Positions 20,401 through 29,803 of a stretch of DNA of 64,000 bases are shown piece after piece; position 1 is the stretch's first letter; every line of letters begins with the position of its first letter. The stretch covers positions 37,793-101,792 of the forward strand of contig CAVKVA010000008.1 of NCBI GenBank assembly GCA_963659875.1, in the 5' to 3' direction. The notes beneath the pieces were generated by a model. That model saw nothing but the letters and a program-made list of their open reading frames with translations, was not told where the DNA came from and did not search any database. Source of the DNA: Parolsenella sp. Lineage in GTDB: Bacteria > Bacillota > Clostridia > Lachnospirales > Lachnospiraceae. The translations under genes and the position numbers were made by a program.

Positions 20401-21635
20401 CCAGCGTGCTTTTGGCGGAGGAACAGAAATTTGCGACAGAGGTGTATCTGGCGGAGTATCAGCTGGGGTATGTCTTTTCTGATGCGAAGGCGGATTCTGA
20501 TTCGGATCAGGAAGTGCAGAACCGCAGCCCGCAGGAAACCGTTCTCGCCCTTAAGAAACGTGGCGAGGAATCTCTGGAACAGCTGCAGACGAGGGTACAG
20601 CAGGTGTACTTCGAGAACAGCAGCTATCTCATCGACTATCAGCTCAGTGCACTGGAACAGTTCGGCGAGCTGGGGAAGCAGAAACCGACGGGCAGCAGCT
20701 GGTCCTTCCCGGTGCAGCGACTGGATTATCAGGCGCGTTACCATGGCGAAAAAATTCCTTTCCAGCGGCTCAGCGGCATACTGGATGAGGAGTTGGAGGA
20801 GCTGCGGCAGCTGATCCGCCAGAATGACCGGGAACTCTTCGAGGATATTCTGTCCAATACCATGAGCCGGAAGATCCGCAGCCGCATCAATAGTGCCCAG
20901 AGCTGGGTGGAAAATATGAACCGGCAGATGGAGAGCATGAATACCTCCAGTGGTCTGAAGCTTCGCCTTCGCTGGCGCAGTAAGACCGCGGAAAGTGAGT
21001 CGCAGTTGGATACGGCAGAGCTCGTGGAGCTTTTGCGGAAGGACTACCGTTCCATGCGGGAAGAGGAAGCCAACCGCTTGAGCCAGCATTTCCGTTCGAA
21101 GGTGGAGGAGTCCCGCCGCATTGCAGAGGACAGCGGCGGCGCGGCTTCCTTCTATCAGGTGATGCAGGATGCGCTGGACTACCGCAAGTGGTTTGAGTTC
21201 CAGCTGTTCTGCGAGAAGCCGGGCGAGCGGCAGAAGGAGCTGACCAATTCTGTCTTCGGCACCTTTTCCGGCGGTGAGAAGGCCATGTCCATGTATGTGC
21301 CTCTGTTCTCGGCCGTCACTGCCAAGTACCACGGCGCGCGTCCGGATGCCCCGCAGATCGTTTCGTTGGATGAGGCCTTTGCCGGGGTAGACAGTCGGAA
21401 TATCCGGGATATGTTCCGTCTGATGCGGGAATTCGGCTTCGACTTCATTATCAATTCCCAGGTGCTCTGGGGCGATGCGGATACTCTGGATGCGCTTTCG
21501 ATCTATGAGCTGCTGCGGCCCAACAATGCGAAGTTTGTGACGGTACTGTCCTTCCTCTGGAATGGAAAAAACCGTAGCCTACTGCCGGACGAAAAAGCAA
21601 TGGAAGAGGAGAGTCGGAAGCTGGATGCAGGATGA
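17490..21635 (+). CDS. jetC: Wadjet JetC, SMC-like ATPase (TIGR02680-like)
   Basis: 1381 aa. The N-terminal Walker A is GSNGSGKS. About 1000 aa are E/K/Q/L/R-rich coiled coil. The C-terminus has FSGGEKA and the Walker B IVSLDEAFAGVD. Confidence 0.85.
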   Translation: MGQNRWHANKLGLINFWYYDEQEFCFAKGRLLLRGSNGSGKSVTMQSAVPLLLDGNANPERLDPFGSRDRKMAGYLLEEGDGRDERTGYLYMEFKRENSEAYLTIGMGIRARRGKPLDKWYFGILDGRRVGKDFSLYKNSGEKLTLSRKELENRLAEGGRVYERQAEYIEFVNQQLFGFATTDAYREMLDLLIQLRTPKLSRDFKPSVINDILSSALQGLSEEDLRPMTEAIENMDSLRLQLETKEAARKAAERIANVFGRYNQCMLYEKAAAAEQAEKRLKENEKQQTAEQTRRTEAAQRLAELTEELAKLSSQKAAMEQEREELGKSDAYQLKQEEQRLTERIRELTAQLSAKEVQIEKKRENVRTCTAQLQRSTEKQAKKRQEIEECLESMAEEADTMSYQAQRFLADELRKALAESFGFSAYETEFRKTREGIQEGLTVQRRLAAGEEKLRSKRDELAKQQDKADRAERSLREKEAALTEAESSWKESLYLWHGQNQELKLPEALLQALCHFADAYDGEADYQQAKQPVDVLLQDLRLQLKQEIEDRRTENRKLSEERNDCLEELHQWENAREPEPERSPAVLENRRRLTKRGIPYHEFYKTLEFAVSLDEESRNRIEEAMLEMGLLDALVIEESYRQEVLRMDPGACDRYIFVRENAGRAGGKTALETLELNDSVNTVFLNMEMTEILRHISIEGSGETVISADGTWRNGLLAGTISGEYQAGFIGTKARERNRAEKIRVLQERIAALEQQMAVLAEEMENFRGRMTILETEYAAFPKEKPLREAQRACEEAEKLLSVQNTLKKQLDEAVHALIQSLQEDRTQAAKLAEKLYLHNSLECFEAAAAAAADYQNDLHTLKLTHASYLDTVAVLEQQTAQKEMLEEDLDQLRYDQGRVEQEKRRAEDRRESIEKQLALTDYAAIRDRLEHCIQWLSDYDRQRGSCEKERGNKEAECRSAEEKLTALSEASVLLAEEQKFATEVYLAEYQLGYVFSDAKADSDSDQEVQNRSPQETVLALKKRGEESLEQLQTRVQQVYFENSSYLIDYQLSALEQFGELGKQKPTGSSWSFPVQRLDYQARYHGEKIPFQRLSGILDEELEELRQLIRQNDRELFEDILSNTMSRKIRSRINSAQSWVENMNRQMESMNTSSGLKLRLRWRSKTAESESQLDTAELVELLRKDYRSMREEEANRLSQHFRSKVEESRRIAEDSGGAASFYQVMQDALDYRKWFEFQLFCEKPGERQKELTNSVFGTFSGGEKAMSMYVPLFSAVTAKYHGARPDAPQIVSLDEAFAGVDSRNIRDMFRLMREFGFDFIINSQVLWGDADTLDALSIYELLRPNNAKFVTVLSFLWNGKNRSLLPDEKAMEEESRKLDAG

Positions 21636-22992
21636 ATTGCTGAAAAATTGTCTTGACTATTTCCGCAGCATGCCGGTATTCTGTCGGCTGCTGAAGGGGT
21701 TCTGTGAAAAGTACCGCTCCTACGGCAGCTTTATGGGAAGTGTGTCGCTTTCTCTGCGGAACGACACAGAGCGGGAAATGCTGGAGGGCTTTTTCGGCCG
21801 CAGCTACCGGAATCAGAAAAGCGCGTCGATCTCGGCGAAAGCCTTTCAGAAAGCGTTGACGGAGAGTCGCTTTGCCGCGGTTTCACCGGAGGCTCTGCTG
21901 GAAGGCTTTCATGGCGCGCCGCTTCTCGGAAAACGGGAGGCAGAAGGTCAACACCGGGAAATGCTGCGGCGCTGCTGGCAAAGGGCCATTGCGGCCCAGA
22001 AAGAATTGGCAAAGTCTGCTGCGGCGCAGGCGCTTCTTCAGGCCCTTGGGACAATGTCTTCGGCGGAAGCTGCGGATGAGGACCGGACAGAATTGGTCGC
22101 GCTGCAGCAACAGATGCTGAACGGTCATCAGGAAATGTCGGAGGAAGCACTTTTGACCTCGCTTACGCGGCAGCTGGCGTTTCTTGTGCGGGCCCTGGAG
22201 CTTCTGGATGCACTGCGGCAGCAGTCGCATTACCAATATCTTCCGGTGTTTGCGGCGTCTCTCACGGGGGATCCTCATGCCCTGGATGCGGGCAGTGAAA
22301 AAGCCCGGCTGTTTGGCTTGCTGCTGGAATGGCTGCGGGCACAGGCGGAATCCCCGGAAGAACCCATGGAGGCGGCAGCTATCCGGCGGCAGTCATTGTA
22401 TTTTTCGGCCGGGATTTTATTGGATGACGTTTCCAACTTTGCCATGCTCTGCGGCGTAGAGGCCTCGTGTGCAGAGGATGCCCGCCATAGCGGCATGGCG
22501 GGATTTGCAGCGGCAGGTGAACCGGTCAATGTGCCGCTTTCGGCCCTTGCCAAGTGGCAGCATCTGCATTGCCGTGACAATACCTTGTGGATCGTGGAGA
22601 ATCCGGTGGTCTTTGCCGTACTGGCGGAGCAATGGAAGGGACAGCGGTCGCTGATGTGCATGAATGGCCAGCCGAGGCTCAGCGCCTGGCTGATTCTCCG
22701 TCTTTTGAAAAAGGATGGGATCATGGTCCGTTACGCCGGTGACTTCGATCCGGAGGGGCTTTGCATCGCAGAGCGCGTGCAGCAGAGTCTGGATGAAGAT
22801 CGCTTCGCCTTCTGGCATATGACGGAAGAAGATTATGCCCTGGCTATCTCCCGGAAGCCCATTGAGAACCGACGGCTGAAGATGCTGGAGAAGGTACGGC
22901 ATCCGCTGCTCCGAAAAACGGCGGCAGCGATTCAGAAGCAGGGCCTTGCCGGGTATCAGGAAAATATCCTGACTTTGTATCTCATGGATTAG
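21625..22992 (+). CDS. jetD: Wadjet JetD (DUF3323/DUF2399, Toprim-like nuclease subunit)
   Basis: ATG 21625 (MQDELLKNCLDYF) overlaps the jetC stop by 11 nt. The C-terminal WIVENPVVF ... YAGDFDPEG is Toprim-like. Confidence 0.8.
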   Translation: MQDELLKNCLDYFRSMPVFCRLLKGFCEKYRSYGSFMGSVSLSLRNDTEREMLEGFFGRSYRNQKSASISAKAFQKALTESRFAAVSPEALLEGFHGAPLLGKREAEGQHREMLRRCWQRAIAAQKELAKSAAAQALLQALGTMSSAEAADEDRTELVALQQQMLNGHQEMSEEALLTSLTRQLAFLVRALELLDALRQQSHYQYLPVFAASLTGDPHALDAGSEKARLFGLLLEWLRAQAESPEEPMEAAAIRRQSLYFSAGILLDDVSNFAMLCGVEASCAEDARHSGMAGFAAAGEPVNVPLSALAKWQHLHCRDNTLWIVENPVVFAVLAEQWKGQRSLMCMNGQPRLSAWLILRLLKKDGIMVRYAGDFDPEGLCIAERVQQSLDEDRFAFWHMTEEDYALAISRKPIENRRLKMLEKVRHPLLRKTAAAIQKQGLAGYQENILTLYLMD

Positions 22993-23003
22993 GAAAAAAG
23001 AAA

Positions 23004-23045
23004 CAAAAAAAAGAGAGAGCAGCATTTGCCGCTCTCTCTTTTCGT
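23004..23045. terminator. bidirectional rho-independent terminator between jetD and the ATPase gene
   Basis: A-run, then AGAGAGAGC-agcatttgcc-GCTCTCTCT, then a T-run. The stem is a perfect 9 bp. Confidence 0.65.
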
Positions 23046-23046
23046 A

Positions 23047-25698
23047 TTATTTTGCCATAGACCGCTGGATAAATTTGATCACTTCCACCACCGGGATCAC
23101 GCAGAAGGCGAGTGCCAGGGCGATGCCGTACTCCGGCCAGCTTACCGGTGTGAAGCCGAAGAGATCGGCAATGAAGGGAACCTCCAGTACCAGCGTCACC
23201 ATAGCCAGCGCACCGATCATTGCGGCCCAGAGCACCTTGTTCTGCGCCTTCAGCCGGAACACGCTGCCGCGCACGGAACGCATGTTGAAGCTATGGAAGA
23301 TCTCGCACATGTTCATTGTCAGGAAGGCCATGGTCATGCCGTCCGGAGAGACACCCTTCGGCATCTCGAAGTAACCGATTTCCATGCAGTGACCGATGAT
23401 GTAGGAGATCAGCGTCAGGGCAGTAATCAATGCACCCTGATAGAAGATGTCAAAGGCCATGCCGCCGGCAAAAACGGAATCCTTCGAATCTCTGGGCGGG
23501 CGATCCATGATGTCGCTTTCGCCGCGCTCCATACCGAGGGCCAGTGCCGGGAAGCAGTCGGTGATCAGGTTGATGAACAGAAGATGTACCGGCTCCAGCA
23601 GCGTGAAGCCCAGAAGGGTGGAGAAGAAGACACCCATAACCTCACTCATGTTGGAGGAGAGCAGGAACTGAATGGACTTACGGATGTTGTCATAAATCCG
23701 GCGTCCCTCGTCCACGGCATTTACGATGGTGGCGAAGTTGTCATCCGCCAGGATCATGTCGGCCACGTTCTTGGTGACATCGGTTCCTGTGATGCCCATG
23801 CCGATACCGATATCGGCAGACTTGATGGAAGGCGCATCGTTCACGCCGTCACCGGTCATTGCGGTGATGGCGCCGCGCTTCTTCCAGGCCTGCACGATTC
23901 GTACCTTATGCTCCGGCTGTACCCGGGCATAAACGGAATAGTTTCCAATGCACTTGTCCAGTTCCTCGTCGGACAGCTGATCCAGCTCGGCACCGGTGAT
24001 GGCCTGGGAGGCATCCGTTACGATACCCAGCTGCTTTGCAATAGCCACAGCAGTGTCCTTGTGGTCGCCGGTGATCATAACCGGACGGATACCGGCACGG
24101 CGGCACTCCTGAATGGCCGGCTTCACCTCGTCACGCACCGGATCGATCATGCCGGTGAGGCCGATATAGCAGAGATCCTGCTCCAGAGCCTCCGGGCGAA
24201 TGTCTTCGGGCTGAGATGTGTAGACACGCTCCGCGGCACAGAGGACGCGGAGTGCCTGATCAGCCATGCTCTTGTTTTCTGCGGCGATGGCCTTCTGCTT
24301 CTCCTCTGTCATCGGGAGGACAGTCCCATTCTCGAGGTAATGTGTGCAGCGGGAGAGTACCACATCCGGCGCACCCTTGGTGAACTGAATGAAGTTGCCG
24401 TCGTTCCGGGCATGGATGGTGGACATCATCTTCCGGGAAGAGTCGAAGGGAGCTTCTGCCACACGGGGCAGTGTCTTCTCCAGCTCATGCTTCGGAAGAC
24501 CGGCATTGGCAGCAAAGGCCACCAGAGCAGCCTCTGTCGGCTCGCCCTCGGCCTGACCCTGGGCATTCAGGTAAGCATCAGAGCAGAGTGCCATGGCGGT
24601 GGCCAGCTCTGCGGTATTTCCGGTATTCTGCACCACAGTCATGCGGTTCTGGGTCAGGGTTCCGGTCTTATCGGAGCAGATCACCTGAGTACAGCCCAGT
24701 GTCTCCACCGCGGTCAGACGACGGATCACGGCATTGGCCTTGGACATCTTGGTGACACCGATGGACAGCACCACAGTCACCACGGTGGCGAGACCCTCCG
24801 GAATGGCAGCCACGGCCAGAGAAACGGCGATCATGAAGGTATTCAATACTGCAGTCAGACTGAACTCACCGCCCATGAAGAGGTTGAAAACGAAGATGAA
24901 GACACAGATGATGAGGACGAGATAGGACAGCTTCTTGCCCAGCTCGTTCAGCTTCTGCTGCAGCGGGGTCTCCTCCTGCTGTGTCTCGTTCAGGGCTGTG
25001 GCGATCTTTCCCATCTCTGTCTGCATGCCGGTATCGGTGATGACAGCAGTGCCGCGGCCATATACCACGGTGGAGCCCATGTAGACCATGTTTTTCCGGT
25101 CACCGAGAGGGATGTCCTTGGCATCTTCCTTCAGGTGCAGAATGTCGATGAGCTTATTGACGGGAACGCTCTCGCCGGTGAGGGCAGCCTCCTCCAGCTT
25201 CAGGGAATTGGCGCTCAGGAGACGGCCGTCTGCCGGCACTGAGTCACCGGCCTCCAGCACCACGATATCGCCGGGCACGAGACTTGTGCTGGGGATGGTG
25301 CAGTTCTGACCGTTGCGGATGACCTTGCAGCTGGGCTGGGTCATGCTCTGCAGCGCTTCGATGGCCTCCTCTGCCTTGCTTTCCTGGATCACGCCCAGGA
25401 TGGCATTCAGGAGCACCACTACGATGATGATAAATACCTCCGCCATGCTTTCACCGCTGATGTAGTTTGTGACAGCGGAAACGGCGGCGGCGATCATCAG
25501 CATGATCAGCATCGGATCCTTGAGGGCCTCCAAGAAGCGCTGGAGGTTCGATACCTTCTCTGCCTCCTTCAAACGGTTTTCACCGTATTTCTGCAGACGT
25601 TCTGCGGCTTCCGCATCGCTGAGGCCGTCCATACGGCTTTCGGCATCTGCCAGCGCCTCCTCCGGCGACTCCAGATAGTATTTTCTGTTTTCGTCCAT
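23047..25698 (-). CDS. P-type cation-transporting ATPase (PMCA/PMR1-like, Ca2+/Mn2+ type)
   Basis: 883 aa with LTGES, the phosphorylation motif ICSDKTGTLTQN, the hinge MTGDGVNDAP, and a Cation_ATPase_N-like start. Confidence 0.9.
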   Translation of the reverse strand: MDENRKYYLESPEEALADAESRMDGLSDAEAAERLQKYGENRLKEAEKVSNLQRFLEALKDPMLIMLMIAAAVSAVTNYISGESMAEVFIIIVVVLLNAILGVIQESKAEEAIEALQSMTQPSCKVIRNGQNCTIPSTSLVPGDIVVLEAGDSVPADGRLLSANSLKLEEAALTGESVPVNKLIDILHLKEDAKDIPLGDRKNMVYMGSTVVYGRGTAVITDTGMQTEMGKIATALNETQQEETPLQQKLNELGKKLSYLVLIICVFIFVFNLFMGGEFSLTAVLNTFMIAVSLAVAAIPEGLATVVTVVLSIGVTKMSKANAVIRRLTAVETLGCTQVICSDKTGTLTQNRMTVVQNTGNTAELATAMALCSDAYLNAQGQAEGEPTEAALVAFAANAGLPKHELEKTLPRVAEAPFDSSRKMMSTIHARNDGNFIQFTKGAPDVVLSRCTHYLENGTVLPMTEEKQKAIAAENKSMADQALRVLCAAERVYTSQPEDIRPEALEQDLCYIGLTGMIDPVRDEVKPAIQECRRAGIRPVMITGDHKDTAVAIAKQLGIVTDASQAITGAELDQLSDEELDKCIGNYSVYARVQPEHKVRIVQAWKKRGAITAMTGDGVNDAPSIKSADIGIGMGITGTDVTKNVADMILADDNFATIVNAVDEGRRIYDNIRKSIQFLLSSNMSEVMGVFFSTLLGFTLLEPVHLLFINLITDCFPALALGMERGESDIMDRPPRDSKDSVFAGGMAFDIFYQGALITALTLISYIIGHCMEIGYFEMPKGVSPDGMTMAFLTMNMCEIFHSFNMRSVRGSVFRLKAQNKVLWAAMIGALAMVTLVLEVPFIADLFGFTPVSWPEYGIALALAFCVIPVVEVIKFIQRSMAK

Positions 25699-25770
25699 GT
25701 TTTCTCCTTCTGTTTCTGGCTGTGGGGATCCGAATGTTTTTGATTCATAGAGTGCAGTTGCCTATGAATC

Positions 25771-25915
25771 AAAAAAGAGACCCCGCACATTTGACCGGCG
25801 GCATTGCCGCCGATGGCAAAATGTGTTGAGTCTCATTCTGGTTAGATAGCCCGGGCCGAAGCCGTACTGACGGAACTATCGCACATATCCTGTGGAATTA
25901 CTCCCTCAAACCTAA
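25771..25915 (-). promoter_or_regulatory. candidate yybP-ykoY-like (Mn2+) riboswitch with terminator expression platform
   Basis: The minus-strand leader reads UUGAGGGAGUAAUUCC...GUCAGUAC...AAUGAGACUCAA. This resembles the conserved GGGGAGUAG / UUGACAUA / AGACC elements. It is followed by the hairpin GAGACUCAACACAUUU / AAAUGUGCGGGGUCUC plus U6. The left arm of that hairpin overlaps the putative P1 3' strand. Confidence 0.4.
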
Positions 25916-25984
25916 GTTGAATTCCGGATTAGGATAGCACAAAAACGCTGAAGCTGCAAGCTGTCAATGCTTTTTACCTGAAAT

Positions 25985-27130
25985 TCAGCGGGAGCCGATC
26001 TGCATACCGGCCTGAACGAAGCGGAACATGCGGACCGCACCCTTGTAGTACAGGTTTTCGGCATCAGCCAGCGCCTTCTCCAGCGGCATGGGGCCGTCCA
26101 CGGTGGTCATGATGGAGTTGATGCCGTGCGCATAGATTTTTTCATAGTCACGACCGAGGGAGCCGCAGAGGGCGGTCACCGGTACATTGTGCTTTTTGGC
26201 CCGGTCGCCGACACCCTGCATAACCTTGCCGAAGCAGCTCTGCCAGTCGGTGCGGCCTTCGCCGGTGATGCAGAGATCCACGCCTTCAAGACGCTGGTCA
26301 AAATCGATGAGATCCAGCACGGTTTCGATGCCCGACTTCATTTCCGCATGGAAGAAGACCTTCAGCGCCGCGCCCAGACCGCCGGCAGCGCCGGTTCCCT
26401 GGGTCTCGTCCGGGTTGATGCCGAATTCGCGGATGATCACATCCCGGTAGTTCTGCATGCCCTTCTCCAGACGATCGAGAATCTCCGGGGTGCCGCCCTT
26501 CTGGGCACCGAAGGTGTAGGTGGCACCGTCGGGACCGCAGAGCGGATTGGTGACATCGCACATTACGGTAATGTGGGCTTTTTCCAGCTTCGGGTTCATG
26601 CCGGAGATGTCGATATGGGCGACCTTCTCGAGATCCTCGCCCTTGCCGGTGAGGACATTGCCTGCCGCATCATAGAATCGAACACCCAGGGCGGAGGCAA
26701 AGCCCATGCCGCCGTCATTGGTGGCAGAGCCGCCGATGGCGATGGCGATCTCTGTATAACCGGCATCCAGAATGGCATTCAGGAGCTCGCCGGTGCCGTA
26801 GGTGGTGGTGTTCAGCGGATTCCGCTTCTCCATGGGCACCATGGGAAGACCGGAGGCGGCTGCCATTTCCAGAATGGCCTCGGTGTCGGACAGTCTGCCG
26901 TACTGGGCTTCTACGTTCTCCATCAGGGGACCGTGGACGGGCACTGTCACGAAGGCACCACCTCTGGCCTTCACCACAGCCTCGGTGGTGCCTTCACCGC
27001 CGTCGGCCACCGGCACGCCGCTGCAGTCGCAGCTGCCGAAGACTTCATTGGCGGCTTTGGTGAGCAGTGCGATGGTCTGGTCACTGGAGAGGGTTCCCTT
27101 AAAGGAATCGGATGCAAATAAAAGCTTCAT
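25985..27130 (-). CDS. glxK: glycerate kinase (GlxK/GarK family)
   Basis: MKLLFASDSFKGTLSS is the hallmark N-terminus, the length is about 381 aa, and GGSATNDGG is present. ATG 27130 was chosen over the track start at 27181. Confidence 0.85.
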   Translation of the reverse strand: MKLLFASDSFKGTLSSDQTIALLTKAANEVFGSCDCSGVPVADGGEGTTEAVVKARGGAFVTVPVHGPLMENVEAQYGRLSDTEAILEMAAASGLPMVPMEKRNPLNTTTYGTGELLNAILDAGYTEIAIAIGGSATNDGGMGFASALGVRFYDAAGNVLTGKGEDLEKVAHIDISGMNPKLEKAHITVMCDVTNPLCGPDGATYTFGAQKGGTPEILDRLEKGMQNYRDVIIREFGINPDETQGTGAAGGLGAALKVFFHAEMKSGIETVLDLIDFDQRLEGVDLCITGEGRTDWQSCFGKVMQGVGDRAKKHNVPVTALCGSLGRDYEKIYAHGINSIMTTVDGPMPLEKALADAENLYYKGAVRMFRFVQAGMQIGSR

Positions 27131-27240
27131 GGTAAATCTCCTTCCGAAAGGCGGCAGTGCCGCTGTACTATCAAAAATCATTCTATGCCATCATAGCATG
27201 AAAAAACAGAACGTAAGAATTCGATTTGCTTATATCACGA

Positions 27241-27774
27241 TTAGTTTTTGACGTTGAAGTGGTCGGACAGCATTTCCTGGATCCGGGCAAAGAGCTCTGC
27301 GGCGGAGTGACGGCGGGAGCTGGCACATTCCTGGGCCTGGCAGCCGCAGAGAAGACAGGTCCGGTAGCGGGGGCGGGAAAGCTTGCGGCCATCGCTGCCG
27401 ATGATGTCAATGTCGAAGAGGCGACCCAACGGGTGGCTTTCCTCGATCCGGCTCATGCTGTCCTTGAGAGACTGGGCATCGGCAGAGACTGCCAGCATCA
27501 GCTCGTCTCCGGTTTTCTCATGGATTTCGTGACGTGCAAGAACTTGCCAGTCCGGATGGGCGGCCAGGACCCCGGCGATTTCTTCCGTGCCCTGCGCGAA
27601 GGCCCGGCGGATCAGGGCATCGGTTTTCACGGGTCCGGGAATGTTCATGCAGAAGGAGATGAGCGGTACGGCATGGCTTTGCAAAAGCTGCTCCTGCAGC
27701 TGTACCCGCCGGTCACGGCAGAACATCATGTCCTGAATGCTGACGGTTTCTGTTTCGGTGGTATTGGTATGCAT
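27241..27774 (-). CDS. citX: holo-ACP synthase CitX (apo-citrate lyase phosphoribosyl-dephospho-CoA transferase) family
   Basis: 177 aa. The FCMNIPGPVK and GRLFDIDI motifs recall CitX/MdcG. No citDEF or citG genes are in the window. Confidence 0.65.
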   Translation of the reverse strand: MHTNTTETETVSIQDMMFCRDRRVQLQEQLLQSHAVPLISFCMNIPGPVKTDALIRRAFAQGTEEIAGVLAAHPDWQVLARHEIHEKTGDELMLAVSADAQSLKDSMSRIEESHPLGRLFDIDIIGSDGRKLSRPRYRTCLLCGCQAQECASSRRHSAAELFARIQEMLSDHFNVKN

Positions 27775-27913
27775 TATTTTTGTCCTTTCCGATCGATTTT
27801 ATCTTTGTTTCAGAGTAACACGACACGGTCTGTACCGCAAGGCATGACCCGAAGGTCTGTATAAATCAAATGGCAATATGATGCAAAAAGTGGGTAAAAT
27901 TCTGTTTTTTTTG

Positions 27914-27942
27914 TTGACTTTTTCAAAAACCGATACTATTAT
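27914..27942 (+). promoter_or_regulatory. sigma-A-type promoter
   Basis: TTGACT, then 17 nt, then TATTAT, in an AT-rich patch about 65 nt upstream of ATG 28009. Confidence 0.4.
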
Positions 27943-28008
27943 GTCGGCAAAAGCAAGAACCTGCGGCGTCGAAGGGGAAAGATACCGGCAGGAGAGAGGG
28001 GGAAGCAT

Positions 28009-28449
28009 ATGCGCATGGATTTTAGAAGACCGTGTTTTCAGAGACGGCTGTCTTTTGCTGTGCTCATGCTGCTTCTCTCTGTTTTTCTGCTGACAGCATT
28101 TCAGTCCGTGGATCGCGTGCAGACCTCGGCGGATGCTGTCCGTACCGGTAGCGAGGCGCAGCTGAGTGCCGGCTCCACAGATGCACTCCCGGAGACTGAC
28201 AATCGCCAGATTTTCTGCACTGTGCATGGCAGTGCCAATAGCTTTGCCAAGCTGGCACTCCGCAGCATGGGCGGCAATCAGAATCGTCTCAGCGGCAGAA
28301 CCCTGCGGGTACTCTTCAGCTTTTTCATGTTCACTTTCTGTATCGAAAGCGCTGGCGCTTCGCTGTCTCGTTCCGGAGACGGCTTAGGTTTCATACCTTC
28401 TTCTCAGGATATCTCTGAGAAAATTTCCAGTTTCAGACTCAACAACTAA
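28009..28449 (+). CDS. hypothetical membrane-anchored protein
   Basis: A promoter and the RBS GGAGAGAGGGGGAAG lie upstream. An N-terminal signal-anchor (RRLSFAVLMLLLSVFLLTAF) is present. I recognise no family, so the ORF could be spurious. Confidence 0.35.
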   Translation: MRMDFRRPCFQRRLSFAVLMLLLSVFLLTAFQSVDRVQTSADAVRTGSEAQLSAGSTDALPETDNRQIFCTVHGSANSFAKLALRSMGGNQNRLSGRTLRVLFSFFMFTFCIESAGASLSRSGDGLGFIPSSQDISEKISSFRLNN

Positions 28450-28653
28450 ATATCGCACTTTACCGGTAGCCTGATCCGTTTTTGCAGATCAGGGGTGCTT
28501 TCCTGCGCTCCTTTCTGCGAGAAGACATGTCAATGTCGTCGGATGGGGCTTCTTTGTGTACGCAAATTTCGAAAGAACTGTTTTGGGGGATTTCTCTGCG
28601 GTCTATTCCGCATGGAAATATATACACGTTAACCACATTTAAGGAGGAAAAGT

Positions 28654-29790
28654 ATGAGTGGTATGAGCTTCTTATGGGAGGGGCTGCTTTCCGTAACCTG
28701 GCAGGAAATCGTCATGTATGTCGTGGGTATCCTGCTGATCTATCTGGCCATTAAGAAGGAGTATGAGCCGTCGCTTCTGCTGCCGATGGGCCTGGGTGCC
28801 ATCCTGGTGAATCTGCCGGGCTCCAGTGCCATCAATCAGGTGATGAGCGGTGTGGGAGAGACCCACGGTATCATTCAGTGGCTGTTTGAATCTGGCATCG
28901 AGGCATCGGAGGCCTTCCCGCTGCTGCTCTTCATCGGTATCGGCGCCATGATCGACTTCGGTCCCCTGCTGGCAGACCCGAAAATGTTCCTTTTCGGTGC
29001 GGCTGCCCAGTTCGGTATTTTCCTGACCATTGTTGTGGCGGTCGTTCTGGGATTTGATATCAAGGATGCGGCTTCCATCGGCATCATCGGTGCGGCAGAC
29101 GGTCCGACCTCCATTCTGGTGTCTCAGGTCCTGCATTCCAACTATATCGGACCCATCGCCGTGGCGGCCTATTCCTACATGGCACTGGTTCCCATCATTC
29201 AGCCCCTGGCCATCCGTATGGTGACCACCAAGAAGGAGCGTCTGATCCGCATGGAGTACCATCCGAATTCTGTATCGAAGACGGCAAAGATCGCCTTCCC
29301 CATCATCGTAACCTTCATTGCCGGCTTCGTGGCACCGGATTCTGTTTCTCTGGTGGGTATGATCATGTTCGGTAACCTGATCCGGGAGTGCGGCGTGTTG
29401 AATTCTCTTTCTGACACTGCACAGAACAGCCTGGCCAACCTGGTTACCCTGCTGCTGGGCATTACGATCTCCTTCTCCATGCGGGCAGAGCAGTTCGTAC
29501 AGCCTTCCACGATCCTGATCATGTGTCTCGGCCTTGTGGCCTTTATCTTTGACTCCATTGGTGGCGTGCTGCTGGCCAAGCTCATCAATGTATTTTCAAA
29601 GAAGAAGATCAACCCTATGGTGGGTGCCGCCGGCATTTCCGCCTTCCCGATGAGCGCACGCGTGATCCAGAAGATGGGTATTGCGGAGGATCCGACCAAC
29701 CACCTGCTCATGCATGCCGTGGGTGCCAATGTGTCAGGACAGATCGCGTCTGCTGTGGCCGGAGGCATTATCCTGGGATTCTTCAGATAA
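28654..29790 (+). CDS. oadB: sodium ion-translocating decarboxylase beta subunit (OadB/GcdB/MmdB family)
   Basis: 378 aa polytopic protein. AADGPTSI and the conserved NLIRECGV region are typical of the beta subunit. The RBS is AAGGAGG. Confidence 0.85.
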   Translation: MSGMSFLWEGLLSVTWQEIVMYVVGILLIYLAIKKEYEPSLLLPMGLGAILVNLPGSSAINQVMSGVGETHGIIQWLFESGIEASEAFPLLLFIGIGAMIDFGPLLADPKMFLFGAAAQFGIFLTIVVAVVLGFDIKDAASIGIIGAADGPTSILVSQVLHSNYIGPIAVAAYSYMALVPIIQPLAIRMVTTKKERLIRMEYHPNSVSKTAKIAFPIIVTFIAGFVAPDSVSLVGMIMFGNLIRECGVLNSLSDTAQNSLANLVTLLLGITISFSMRAEQFVQPSTILIMCLGLVAFIFDSIGGVLLAKLINVFSKKKINPMVGAAGISAFPMSARVIQKMGIAEDPTNHLLMHAVGANVSGQIASAVAGGIILGFFR

Positions 29791-29803
29791 GAGAGGTGAA
29801 AAA

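Noticed and set aside
23026-25242. Very long ORFs antisense to real genes. Examples are 738 aa at 23026-25242 (+), 649 aa at 8521-10470 (-), 795 aa at 38623-41010 (-), 455 aa at 17925-19292 (-) and 531 aa at 41978-43573 (-).
   Set aside because: They lie opposite genes with unmistakable family motifs. They have low-complexity R/H/G/L-rich translations and no recognisable domains. They are the usual stop-codon-poor antisense frames of GC-rich DNA.
25742-25770. A second hairpin (GATTCATAG/CTATGAATC) in the ATPase leader as an additional terminator.
   Set aside because: It is not followed by a U-run on the transcribed strand. It may be part of the expression platform, but I cannot assign it a role.
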